From a virus, in IMG/VR virus record IMGVR_UViG_3300048605_000012: a stretch of DNA of 42,513 bases, one strand, 5' to 3'. A program made the position numbers and the translations under genes. Below, in pieces: positions 33,558 through 41,532 of this stretch (its first letter is position 1; each line of letters begins with the position of its first letter). The notes beneath the pieces are model-generated. The model saw only the letters and a program-made list of their open reading frames with translations, ran no database searches and was not told the origin of the DNA.

Positions 33558-34468
33558 TCAATCACTTCTATAACATCAATTTTTAATTCAACAATTCGTT
33601 TGTTTAGCTCAAAAAATTTTGCTTCCGATCCTCCAAGCTTTATAGTTGAGACTTTTTCATAAACCGGCGTTTCCCTTTCTCCGACTGATTCTTCTTTGAT
33701 TTCGCCAGTCTCTAAGTCAATTGGCACCGAGGGGACATGCTCTTTTTGTTTGACTTCTTGGATAACTTCTTCGCCTATAGCGATACGAGCTTTTTGCTCT
33801 GCCACGACTTGATTGATTTGATCAAAGACTTCTTGCAATTCGTGGCCTTGATCGATCCAACGAACCCAAGAGAATGGATCTAAGCCAACAGCCTGCGCAT
33901 AGCTTTCAACTGCTTGTTTATTCGCTGCTAATGTTTGTTTCTTTGTCACGATTTCATTAATGGTATCTGTGATTTCTTTACTGATCGCTTTTGTTAATTC
34001 ACCCTTAGCAGCAGTGAATGAACCTTTATTTGTCCATCGATCAGAAATTTCAATTTCACTTGGATCGACACCTAATGCACTGCACAGATCCTCTATTTTT
34101 TCTTTCACTTTCTGCAATCGGGAATCACGTTCTTTCGTTTCGAACTTTTCGAGGCTCTGAGAAATTCCTTCTTTTGCCGCTTCCATCTGATTAACAAATG
34201 TCTTGATCTTGGCTTCAAATGCTTTTAACGGCTCTGAATACCCGTTTTTTACTTCTTTTCGTTTTTCTTCCAGCAATTTGATAATGTTATTCAGAGACGA
34301 TCGTGCATCTTTAGCTCCTTGGATGTCTCCTTCACTAAAGGTCAAACTTTTGTAATGATTGGCGGTATTTTTAACAAGCGCTTCAAGCTCTGCTTCATTT
34401 TTGATTTCAATGGTACTTGGTGTATAGTCAATCTGAATTGATGTGTCTGTTTTGATTAATTCATTCAT
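33554..34468 (-). CDS. DUF1351-like protein (304 aa from MNELIKT), partner of the Sak annealase
   Basis: RBS GGGGGAA before the ATG at 34468. It is coiled-coil rich and syntenic with Sak. Confidence 0.6.
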   Translation of the reverse strand: MNELIKTDTSIQIDYTPSTIEIKNEAELEALVKNTANHYKSLTFSEGDIQGAKDARSSLNNIIKLLEEKRKEVKNGYSEPLKAFEAKIKTFVNQMEAAKEGISQSLEKFETKERDSRLQKVKEKIEDLCSALGVDPSEIEISDRWTNKGSFTAAKGELTKAISKEITDTINEIVTKKQTLAANKQAVESYAQAVGLDPFSWVRWIDQGHELQEVFDQINQVVAEQKARIAIGEEVIQEVKQKEHVPSVPIDLETGEIKEESVGERETPVYEKVSTIKLGGSEAKFFELNKRIVELKIDVIEVIE

Positions 34469-35225
34469 CAGATATTTTCCCCCATGTAAATGATTTAGTT
34501 TCATTCTTTTTCGGTACTGCTTGTTCAGATATTTTAGCTTTCTGAATTTTTTCCGCTTCAAGTTTCAAACGATTTGCACGATTCAAAATAGACCCATACT
34601 CATTTTTATTTAATTGATCAAATGGTGTTTGTATTTTTGTGTTTTCTCGTATATTTGCAACAAGGATTTCAAAATCAGTGTCTGTCGCTTGAGCAACAAC
34701 ATTGAGTATTTCGTCCAAATAGCCGACTTGTTCCTCGCTAATTAGTTCTGGCTTAGAAATATCTTCTGGCATATCTTCCCCTGCATATAGATACAAGCCT
34801 AATCCATGTTTGGCCAACGCTTTAACAAAGCAGCGTTTATTACTAGTGTTAATTTGAAAACTGTTAGGATTAGATACTGGATACTTGGCTTTTTCAACAA
34901 TTGGCAGCCATTCTGTTTCTGCCTTACCTTGAAATGTCACAGTGTTTCTCACGAAAAATCCTTGTGGTGTTTTTAAATAAGGGACCGTAACCCCTTCAAT
35001 CATTCGAAATTGATTATCAAACATTGGAAATTCGTGTACTTTTTCTGATGCCTCTGGATCGATACGCTTCATTTCTCGCCATCCGTATGACCACGAAAGA
35101 TATTCAAGAGTATATTCTTGAGGCTCTCCTTGCTTGTCTGTATATTTTTGGACATTCTTTTTAACTGCTTTCTTTATGTCTCGGTTGTAAAGATCCTCAA
35201 AAGGAACAATTGCTTTTATTGTCAT
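34461..35225 (-). CDS. sak: Sak / Rad52-like single-strand annealing protein (DUF1071, 254 aa)
   Basis: Motifs: YLSWSYGWREMKRIDPEA and KALAKHGLGLYLYAGED. Confidence 0.75.
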   Translation of the reverse strand: MTIKAIVPFEDLYNRDIKKAVKKNVQKYTDKQGEPQEYTLEYLSWSYGWREMKRIDPEASEKVHEFPMFDNQFRMIEGVTVPYLKTPQGFFVRNTVTFQGKAETEWLPIVEKAKYPVSNPNSFQINTSNKRCFVKALAKHGLGLYLYAGEDMPEDISKPELISEEQVGYLDEILNVVAQATDTDFEILVANIRENTKIQTPFDQLNKNEYGSILNRANRLKLEAEKIQKAKISEQAVPKKNETKSFTWGKISDE

Positions 35226-35410
35226 AACGGCACCGGCTTTCCTAGTTTTGATTTGCAGTACTCCAACAGGTCATCCTCATGGATGAAGTGATCATCAATG
35301 GAATAGACTAGATCACCTTGGTATAAGGGATTGCCACGCCAATCAAATGCAATCGGATCTGGTTCATCTGGCGGCAATTGTCTTGCCCCTAGACTGTCAA
35401 ATGAATTCAT
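35222..35410 (-). CDS. Hypothetical small protein (62 aa)
   Basis: RBS AAGGAGA. Its stop overlaps the sak start. Confidence 0.55.
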   Translation of the reverse strand: MNSFDSLGARQLPPDEPDPIAFDWRGNPLYQGDLVYSIDDHFIHEDDLLEYCKSKLGKPVPL

Positions 35411-35436
35411 AGTATAATCTCCTTAACTAATAATGT

Positions 35437-35589
35437 TTACATTTGGTCTACACTAGCGGGAACTGGTGTAGACTCTTTTTTTCGTTTCATTCGTTCGATA
35501 TGTTGTCTAGATCGAATTAACGGCTTGTTGTGTCTGTACCATCGATCAGCAATGACTTTACCAATGCATAGCGCTTCTGCTCTACTCAT
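35437..35589 (-). CDS. Possible small basic protein (50 aa, not in the ORF track)
   Basis: The ATG overlaps the upstream stop (ATGAGTAG), with a GGAGAG RBS. An 8-bp hairpin lies inside it. Confidence 0.35.
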   Translation of the reverse strand: MSRAEALCIGKVIADRWYRHNKPLIRSRQHIERMKRKKESTPVPASVDQM

Positions 35590-35761
35590 ATCGCTTCACT
35601 CTCCGTTCAAAAGTTGCTTCGTCATACAGCATTAGCCACCATATAGCTAAAACTGGAAAAGCAATTTTTAACCACGCTGGTACATCTCCTGTAATCAACA
35701 CCCCAACAGCAAATGTGGAGAGAATTAATGCTACACGTCTGAGCCAATACACTTTTTTCAT
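35582..35761 (-). CDS. Small membrane protein (59 aa from MKKVYWL, two TM segments)
   Basis: RBS GGAGGA. There is an ATGA overlap with the Rha stop. Confidence 0.55.
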   Translation of the reverse strand: MKKVYWLRRVALILSTFAVGVLITGDVPAWLKIAFPVLAIWWLMLYDEATFERRVKRYE

Positions 35762-36471
35762 GCCCGATCCTCCATATCCAATTCTGTTTGAATCTGATTG
35801 ATTCGTTCCTTGGTTACAGATGACGGTTGCCAATGATCAATAAAACCCAGAACCTTTTGAAAATCCTTGTCTTTGATACGGCCACGATTTGGAACGTTGA
35901 ACAATTGTTTGATGCTAGATCCCAAATCCTGAAACAGCATGCTTTTTGCGCCTTGCCCAAGATGTTGATCCTTGCAGATCTGATAGACTTTCTTTTGAAC
36001 CGCACGATCGATTGTTCCTTTGTCTTCAGTAGTGATCAACTTATTTTCTTCGATGTCTACCAGACGAGTGTTGATGTTATCAAGGCGTTGATTTGTTTCT
36101 TCGTTTGCTTCTAAAGCAAGTTTTGCTAATTCACGAGGCGAAGTTGGAATCTGTGGCTGCTGTTTGATGCGATCTTCCATTTTGTTGAATGCATCAATGT
36201 ATTTAAGCTTGAATTGCAATGCAGCCTTCCCTGTGAATCCCATAGCCAGCAATGTGAAGCCGTCTCGATTCATGATAATTTGCGGATAAGTTTGTTTATT
36301 TTGCGGATGGACGTAATTATCTTCAAAAAATAAGTCTGTCCAATTTTGGACACCCTCTTTTAAATTCAACAGGTCTCTTAATACGTGCTGATGTTTCTTT
36401 CCGAATACTTCTGCAACTTGTAAACTACTTGTTACCGCTTGCTGATCTTTCATAATTGCTAAATTTGTCAT
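35758..36471 (-). CDS. Rha-family phage regulatory protein / antirepressor-like (237 aa)
   Basis: The N-terminal TSSLQVAEVFGKKHQHVLRDL ... MNRDGFTLLAMGFTGKAALQFK is the Rha signature. Confidence 0.75.
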   Translation of the reverse strand: MTNLAIMKDQQAVTSSLQVAEVFGKKHQHVLRDLLNLKEGVQNWTDLFFEDNYVHPQNKQTYPQIIMNRDGFTLLAMGFTGKAALQFKLKYIDAFNKMEDRIKQQPQIPTSPRELAKLALEANEETNQRLDNINTRLVDIEENKLITTEDKGTIDRAVQKKVYQICKDQHLGQGAKSMLFQDLGSSIKQLFNVPNRGRIKDKDFQKVLGFIDHWQPSSVTKERINQIQTELDMEDRA

Positions 36472-36489
36472 TTTTCAATTTCCTTTCTT

Positions 36490-36538
36490 TGGTATAATTT
36501 CCTTATCAGTCAGTGGTCGGCTGAAATAATTGATAAGG
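36490..36538 (+). promoter_or_regulatory. Extended -10 promoter (TGGTATAAT, 36490-36498) and a 5' UTR hairpin (CCTTATCA/TGATAAGG, 36501-36538) overlapping the RBS
   Basis: Read directly from the sequence. The 3' arm of the hairpin overlaps the AAGGGGGTG Shine-Dalgarno. Confidence 0.5.
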
Positions 36539-36549
36539 GGGTGAAATTT

Positions 36550-36831
36550 ATGGCTCTCTATGCAATCACGTATGATTTGCACAAACCTAAACAAGATTAC
36601 GAAACTCTACATGATACGATTAAATCTCTAGGTGCTTATTCAAAAAGATTCGATTCATTTTGGCTCATAGATACATCGTTATCTGCATCAGAAATACGAG
36701 ATAAAATCAATAATGTCATTGATTCAAATGATGTCGCACTAGTGATAGAGGTTCGCAAACATTGGGCTTCGCATAATCTTCCTAAAGAAGCTGTTGATTG
36801 GCTTAAAAGCGATAAGCGAACTTTTAATTAG
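36550..36831 (+). CDS. Small ferredoxin-fold-like protein with a Cas2-like sequence pattern (93 aa from MALYAITYDL), opposite strand to the neighbours
   Basis: YAITYDL...DYETLHDTIKSLG...DSFWLIDTSLSASEIRDKINNVIDSNDVALVIEV mirrors the beta-alpha-beta-beta-alpha-beta pattern of Cas2/VapD-type proteins. This is inference only. Confidence 0.35.
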   Translation: MALYAITYDLHKPKQDYETLHDTIKSLGAYSKRFDSFWLIDTSLSASEIRDKINNVIDSNDVALVIEVRKHWASHNLPKEAVDWLKSDKRTFN

Positions 36832-36997
36832 AAGAATCAACACCTGTATTAGATCTCATATCTTCAAATGGGATCTTTTTGATTTCAATTGATATAACGG
36901 AATCATCAATATTTAGTAAAACTAATCGTTCTATCTCGATGCGAGATAATTTGGAATGTTTTTCTCCATGGCCACCTTCATCAATAATTAAATCCAT
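36824..36997 (-). CDS. Hypothetical small protein (57 aa, not in the ORF track)
   Basis: RBS AAAGGAGGAAAT. Its 3' end overlaps the 3' end of the convergent plus-strand gene by 8 nt. Confidence 0.5.
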   Translation of the reverse strand: MDLIIDEGGHGEKHSKLSRIEIERLVLLNIDDSVISIEIKKIPFEDMRSNTGVDSSN

Positions 36998-37031
36998 TAA
37001 TATTTCCTCCTTTACATTTGTTCAAATGTTT

Positions 37032-37154
37032 CTATTCTTTCGAAACACTATTAGGATAATGAATAATTTTCACTAATTTTTGCTCTAGGTTGCTTCCGAC
37101 AGCTTGGAGCAATTTTGTTATTTCCCCTGGTGTTGCCTCGATTGTAATTTTCAT
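37032..37154 (-). CDS. Possible micro-ORF (40 aa)
   Basis: RBS GGAGGGACCAAA before the ATG. Confidence 0.35.
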   Translation of the reverse strand: MKITIEATPGEITKLLQAVGSNLEQKLVKIIHYPNSVSKE

Positions 37155-37170
37155 TTTGGTCCCTCCTTTT

Positions 37171-37458
37171 TCATGCAACCTCTGAAGGTTTCAATTTTTT
37201 TGATCTATAACGGTTAGCTTCTTTCCATTTCAAATACCAAAGGAATGTTCCAAGGTGAATCCAAGTTACGCTATGGGTTGGTTTTAAAACGCCCTCTTTG
37301 AATTCAGGAATACTCTCCATCTCTTTTTGATACGTATTTAAAGTAGTACGAGATAACCCATTGAAACGAATCATTAAATCTTCACGCCTATCCCATTCAG
37401 AAATCGAAGTCTTATCCGTAGCCATTTTGATTAATTCCGGAATAGTTGGTTTTTTCAT
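37171..37458 (-). CDS. DUF771-like DNA-binding protein (excisionase-like, 95 aa)
   Basis: The second gene of the cro operon. The pattern WIHLGTFLWYLKWKE and its position fit DUF771 proteins of Lactobacillales phages (from memory). Confidence 0.45.
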   Translation of the reverse strand: MKKPTIPELIKMATDKTSISEWDRREDLMIRFNGLSRTTLNTYQKEMESIPEFKEGVLKPTHSVTWIHLGTFLWYLKWKEANRYRSKKLKPSEVA

Positions 37459-37670
37459 GCTTTTTCTCCTTTCTGTTCTTGATTTTCTTTTTCTAATAAC
37501 ATCTCAATAGAAACGTTCAAGTAATTAGATACTTTCAACAACTTTTCAGCTGAAGGCATTGATTTATTCCATTTAGAAATATAAGATGAGCTAAATCCTA
37601 AATCCCTCTCCATTTTGTTAATAGAAACATCTTTTTGAAACGCAAGTTTTTTAATTTTTTCATACAACAA
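37455..37670 (-). CDS. cro: Cro-like XRE-family HTH regulator (71 aa)
   Basis: The HTH is VSINKMERDLGFSSSYISKWNK. It is divergent from the cI-like gene. Confidence 0.8.
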   Translation of the reverse strand: MLYEKIKKLAFQKDVSINKMERDLGFSSSYISKWNKSMPSAEKLLKVSNYLNVSIEMLLEKENQEQKGEKA

Positions 37671-37712
37671 TCAAAATCCCTCCTTTCTATTAGAATATTT
37701 TCTAAAAAACTA

Positions 37713-37741
37713 TTGACACACCTCGGAAAATATTCCATAAT
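37713..37741 (+). promoter_or_regulatory. Rightward near-consensus promoter (TTGACA-17-CATAAT) with the operator GGAAAATATTCC in its spacer
   Basis: The -35 is at 37713-37718, the -10 at 37736-37741, and the operator at 37725-37736. Confidence 0.6.
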
Positions 37742-37836
37742 AAAAGCACAACGAAATAAGCGTATGCCACCAAACATTATCGCTATTTCATCCACTGTTA
37801 CGTGGGTTATTTTGTGTACCTTTGTCTCACACACAT

Positions 37837-37865
37837 AATATATCACGGAATATTTTCCACGTCAA
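37837..37865 (-). promoter_or_regulatory. Leftward near-consensus promoter (TTGACG-17-TATATT) with the same 12-mer operator in its spacer
   Basis: On the minus strand the -35 is at 37865-37860 and the -10 at 37842-37837. The operator is at 37847-37858. Confidence 0.6.
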
Positions 37866-37876
37866 CAGAAAAATAT

Positions 37877-37892
37877 GAAAAATTTTCCGAGG
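37877..37892. promoter_or_regulatory. Third operator copy (CCTCGGAAAATTTTTC on the minus strand) next to the cI RBS
   Basis: It matches the 37721-37736 site (CCTCGGAAAATATTCC) at 14 of 16 positions, in inverted orientation. Confidence 0.55.
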
Positions 37893-37899
37893 TGTAAAA

Positions 37900-38244
37900 A
37901 TGGACGTTTTGGGTAAAATAAAAGAGCTGGCTAAACAGAGGAATATTAGCCTTGCTGAGTTGGAAAGGCGTACCGGGTTATCAAGCGGTTCAATTACTAA
38001 ATGGGGAAAAAGCGCTCCATCTGTAGACAAATTAGCGAAAATCGCTGAATATTTCCATGTGTCCACTGATTATCTTTTAGGAAGAACAGATAACCCACAC
38101 ATGGGTATGTCCGAAAAACAAAAAGAATTGACCATAGAAGAAGCTTTAAAATCTGTTATGAGTTATAACGGTAAAGAAGTTTCTGAAAATGACCGTGAAG
38201 TATTAGAGAGGATTGCAAAAGCATACTTGGACGGAAAAATATAA
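37900..38244 (+). CDS. cI-like XRE-family repressor (114 aa)
   Basis: The HTH is ISLAELERRTGLSSGSITKWGK. It is followed by an ImmA-like gene. Confidence 0.8.
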   Translation: MDVLGKIKELAKQRNISLAELERRTGLSSGSITKWGKSAPSVDKLAKIAEYFHVSTDYLLGRTDNPHMGMSEKQKELTIEEALKSVMSYNGKEVSENDREVLERIAKAYLDGKI

Positions 38245-38256
38245 GAGGGTGTTTGT

Positions 38257-38613
38257 TTGGATGCTCAGATTTTAGAAATTGTTGAAAAGTTGAACATAAC
38301 AATAGTTTATGATGAGTTTTTGGAAGATCATGGAAAATATCTTCCGATTGTAAATATTATCGCATTGAATAGTAAGTTGAATGATTTTGAAATGAAGAGG
38401 GCTTTACTTCATGAATTGGGTCATGCTTGTGAGGATCAAGATAATTACGAGCTTTATAAACTCTCATTTGTCTTAAAGTCAAAAATGGAATATGCTGCAA
38501 ATAGATTTATGATAAGCTATTTCACCAGCGAATACGATGATATCTATAATTACAGTCAATTAATAGAAGAATTTAGTATTGGGATGGGCTACGATGTTAA
38601 ATATGCAAGATAA
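38257..38613 (+). CDS. ImmA/IrrE-like zinc metallopeptidase (118 aa, TTG start)
   Basis: Carries the HELGH motif (LLHELGHACED). The pairing with an XRE repressor is classic. Confidence 0.75.
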   Translation: MDAQILEIVEKLNITIVYDEFLEDHGKYLPIVNIIALNSKLNDFEMKRALLHELGHACEDQDNYELYKLSFVLKSKMEYAANRFMISYFTSEYDDIYNYSQLIEEFSIGMGYDVKYAR

Positions 38614-38703
38614 AAATACCCCTATCAAAGGACCAGCTTCGATAAGGGTTACTCATTTCTGAGATAGTACAAATATATTATATCAGAGAAATGAGGAAAG
38701 AAG

Positions 38704-39645
38704 ATGAAAAAAGTCGTACCGTGCTTATTGTTTGTTGGTTTAATAATGACCGGATGTTCTAATAATGAAGAAAGTACAACTCCCCCAACTGATACAACTT
38801 CTCAAACGACTTCTGTTTCTGAAGAACAGAAAGCTGACTTCGAATATGGGAAAATCATTACTGACGAGTTTGAACTTACTTATAAAAATTCTGAAATAGT
38901 TAAAAGTCCGTCTGAAGATGGCTATGGGTTATATATAACGTATTCATTAAAGAATACTTCAGATAACAATATCACACCTATTGATATTATTAATGATTAC
39001 GTTTTATTTAAACAAGAGAATGAAACTTCTGAGGTTGATCTCGATAACACCTACTATAGCTTAGATGCATTTGGATCAACAGATGATGTCGAATCATATA
39101 ATGAGCAAGTTGATAAAGAAAACTCTCGTTCTGATGAACTGTTACCCGATAAAACCGTGGACATAATAGAGACTTACTCTCTGGACAACTTAGATTTCCC
39201 AGTTAAAATGATAGCTATGTATGAAGATAAAGAAATAGGTATTTATGAAATTGATTTGACTGAATTAGAAAAGCCTGAAGAAACAAAATCTTTAGCCAAT
39301 ACAAATAATCCCAATGAAGATAGTTCCTATAACGAAGGCCTTTCCGATATGCCAGCAAGCTGGCAAGAAGGTGAAGCTGAGTGGGAAAAAGCAAAGGCTG
39401 AAGGCTGGACAGCCGAGGATTGGGAAGAAGCAGTCAGAGCTAGTGAAAACGAAACTTATGTAGTAGGTTCCGGTCAATATGAAGATTCATTTAATGGTAG
39501 TCAAGCTGAGCAAACAACATTGCCTGAAGGAACTTCTGAAAATGCAAGACGTATATATAATGAAATAAAAAGTATTCAAGATAGAGAATTAACATCTGGT
39601 GAAATTCAAACATTAGAAGCAATCGAACAAGGCTATTACGAGTAA
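38704..39645 (+). CDS. Lipoprotein (313 aa) in the lysogeny module, candidate superinfection-exclusion factor
   Basis: Signal peptide with the lipobox LIMTGC, a Thr/Ser-rich linker, a beta-rich domain and an acidic Trp-rich C-terminus. Confidence 0.7.
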   Translation: MKKVVPCLLFVGLIMTGCSNNEESTTPPTDTTSQTTSVSEEQKADFEYGKIITDEFELTYKNSEIVKSPSEDGYGLYITYSLKNTSDNNITPIDIINDYVLFKQENETSEVDLDNTYYSLDAFGSTDDVESYNEQVDKENSRSDELLPDKTVDIIETYSLDNLDFPVKMIAMYEDKEIGIYEIDLTELEKPEETKSLANTNNPNEDSSYNEGLSDMPASWQEGEAEWEKAKAEGWTAEDWEEAVRASENETYVVGSGQYEDSFNGSQAEQTTLPEGTSENARRIYNEIKSIQDRELTSGEIQTLEAIEQGYYE

Positions 39646-39747
39646 ATAAAAAACACGCCCCTCCGACCAAAGACAGGCGTGCAAAACAAAATAAACGATA
39701 GGCTTATTTAGTCATGCCTATTGTATCAAAGAATTGAGGTATACACA

Positions 39748-40887
39748 ATGTGGAGCGAATCTTTAGGCAACGGAAGATATAAGTTTATAGAAAGATACAA
39801 AGATCCCTATACCGAAAAATGGAAAAAGACAAGTACTGTTCTAACAAGTGATTCTTCCAGAGCCTGGAAGAATGCACAGAAAATATTAGACAAAAAAATA
39901 GAGGAAGCTTTAAGTAATTATGATAAATCTGACATCACTTTCAAGGAGCTTTACGAAGAGTGGTTTGTTTATTATCAACAACATGTAAAAAGAACAAGTT
40001 GGACCAAAGTTCCAAAGATGATGAAACATATTCAAAAAGTTATATCTGACGATGTTCTTGTTCGAAATATAGACGAGAATATGATTCGTAATATTACAGA
40101 AAAAATGTATACTTTCGGTGACCTATCCTTGAATTATACGAAACAGACCAAGACGACCCTTTCAATCATGTTGAATTATGCAGTTGAGAAAAAGTATATT
40201 AAACAAAATCTAGCGCTGAATGTCAAAATTCAAAGAAAAAAAGCTGAAGAAGAAAAAAGAAAAAAGAACATGGATGAAAAATACCTTGATCAAAGCGAAA
40301 TGACAGAGTTGCTTGTATATATGAGAAAATCTACTAAAAGATTATTGCACGCTAACATTGCAGAATTGTTATATTTAACAGGCCTAAGATACGGAGAGTT
40401 ACAGGCATTACAAGTAAAGGACTTTGACGGGAGTACTTTGGATATTAACGGCACATTGGACTATTCTTTCTTAAAAATGGCAGATGCTATAAAAACTTCA
40501 CCTAAAAATATCTATTCTAAAAGAATAGTTTCTTTGCCTAATAGAGCAGTAAAAATTGTTAATGAAATCATAGAACACAACTCTTTAGTATTTGGCTCCC
40601 AAAGTAACGAGGATTATATATTTAAATCATCTAGAGGTACTCCGTTGTCTCTCCATAGCTTTAATATGGTACTGCATAGAGTTCAAGACGAACTAAAATG
40701 GGATAAAAACTTATCCTCACACATATTCAGACATAGTCATATTTCTTTACTAGCTGAATTGAATCTTCCTTTAAAAACCATAATGGAGAGAGTCGGACAT
40801 TCCGATGCCAACACGACTTTATCAATTTATAATCACGTGACCAAAAAATCCAAAGAGCAGGTTATCGATCGATTAAACAATTTGTAA
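39748..40887 (+). CDS. int: Phage integrase, tyrosine recombinase (379 aa from MWSESLGNGRYKF)
   Basis: N-terminal arm-binding-type domain. Catalytic motifs are GLRYGEL ... HIFRHSHISLL ... VGHSDANTTLSIYNHV. Confidence 0.9.
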   Translation: MWSESLGNGRYKFIERYKDPYTEKWKKTSTVLTSDSSRAWKNAQKILDKKIEEALSNYDKSDITFKELYEEWFVYYQQHVKRTSWTKVPKMMKHIQKVISDDVLVRNIDENMIRNITEKMYTFGDLSLNYTKQTKTTLSIMLNYAVEKKYIKQNLALNVKIQRKKAEEEKRKKNMDEKYLDQSEMTELLVYMRKSTKRLLHANIAELLYLTGLRYGELQALQVKDFDGSTLDINGTLDYSFLKMADAIKTSPKNIYSKRIVSLPNRAVKIVNEIIEHNSLVFGSQSNEDYIFKSSRGTPLSLHSFNMVLHRVQDELKWDKNLSSHIFRHSHISLLAELNLPLKTIMERVGHSDANTTLSIYNHVTKKSKEQVIDRLNNL

Positions 40888-40906
40888 TTTGCCCCTTTTT
40901 TGCCCC
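40888..40906. repeat. 19-bp direct repeat TTTGCCCCTTTTTTGCCCC, copy 1 (attP arm-type site candidate)
   Basis: Identical to 41103-41121. Each copy holds two TTGCCCC units 11 bp apart. Confidence 0.85.
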
Positions 40907-40936
40907 TTTTGTATAAAAATTAACATTAAACAAACA

Positions 40937-40968
40937 AAAGAACCCCTATAAATAGAGGTTCTTTTATT
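40937..40968 (+). terminator. Terminator downstream of int
   Basis: Hairpin GAACC(C)CTA-taaa-TAG(A)GGTTC followed by TTTTATT. Confidence 0.6.
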
Positions 40969-41102
40969 ATAACTACATCATGCCGCCCATCTAAGATTGT
41001 CTGACACACTCATTTCTACCAGTATAAAAATGCCTATATAATAACCTTTTGATCAATTTAATTTATAAAAACAATTCAACTAGTTCGAACTAATAAAGTT
41101 AT

Positions 41103-41121
41103 TTTGCCCCTTTTTTGCCCC
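41103..41121. repeat. 19-bp direct repeat TTTGCCCCTTTTTTGCCCC, copy 2
   Basis: Identical to 40888-40906. Confidence 0.85.
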
Positions 41122-41140
41122 CTATTCTTTATTTAATTCC

Positions 41141-41169
41141 TTTACAAAAAGAACAAACGTTCGTATACT
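41141..41169 (+). promoter_or_regulatory. Near-consensus sigma-A promoter (TTTACA-17-TATACT) of the five-gene accessory operon
   Basis: Hexamers at 41141-41146 and 41164-41169, with an exact 17-nt spacer. Confidence 0.65.
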
Positions 41170-41200
41170 GAGGAAGAAGTAAACAAGAGGAGTGGTCAAA

Positions 41201-41521
41201 TTGAAATATAATGATTTTAAAAACCTTTTGGAAAACCGTCTATCTGGTTACGAAGTATTTATGCAAAAAGCCGAGGAATTCCAAATTGCTAAGAATAAAC
41301 TGCGTTCCGGAAAGGCTAAGTGGAACGATAAAAAAGTTAACAAAGCAATTAACGGTATGTGGGATCAAGCTGCACAAAATATCTATCAGACTGTTAAAAA
41401 TATGGATAAGATTCCAAACAGTCGATCCTTAGACCCTTACAATGATTGGCTTAAATTTATGGAAAGTAGAAATCTATTTGAAGTACTGTCAGATTCTCTT
41501 GCTGATGTCGAAATGGAATAG
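41201..41521 (+). CDS. Accessory operon gene 1, hypothetical (about 107 aa; TTG at 41201 or GTG at 41192)
   Basis: RBS GAGGAG lies 8 nt before the TTG. No family was recognised. Confidence 0.6.
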   Translation: MKYNDFKNLLENRLSGYEVFMQKAEEFQIAKNKLRSGKAKWNDKKVNKAINGMWDQAAQNIYQTVKNMDKIPNSRSLDPYNDWLKFMESRNLFEVLSDSLADVEME

Positions 41522-41532
41522 GAGCGATTGAT

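Noticed and set aside
35444-35480. Plus-oriented hairpin plus T-run (GTCTACAC...GTGTAGAC TCTTTTTTT) as a terminator
   Set aside because: No plus-strand gene ends nearby, and the hairpin lies inside a plausible minus-strand 50-aa ORF. It may be coincidental or an antisense-transcription stop. Evidence is insufficient.
37598-38066. Track ORFs 37598..37846 and 37827..38066 (minus) and 37635..37838 (plus) in the switch region
   Set aside because: They cover the promoter/operator region and overlap cro or cI in antisense. They have no RBS, and their translations are Cys/Phe-rich junk.
38617-38652. Hairpin after the ImmA-like gene as a terminator
   Set aside because: The stem has a mismatch and a 14-nt loop, and no T-run follows. 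The lipoprotein gene downstream is probably co-transcribed.
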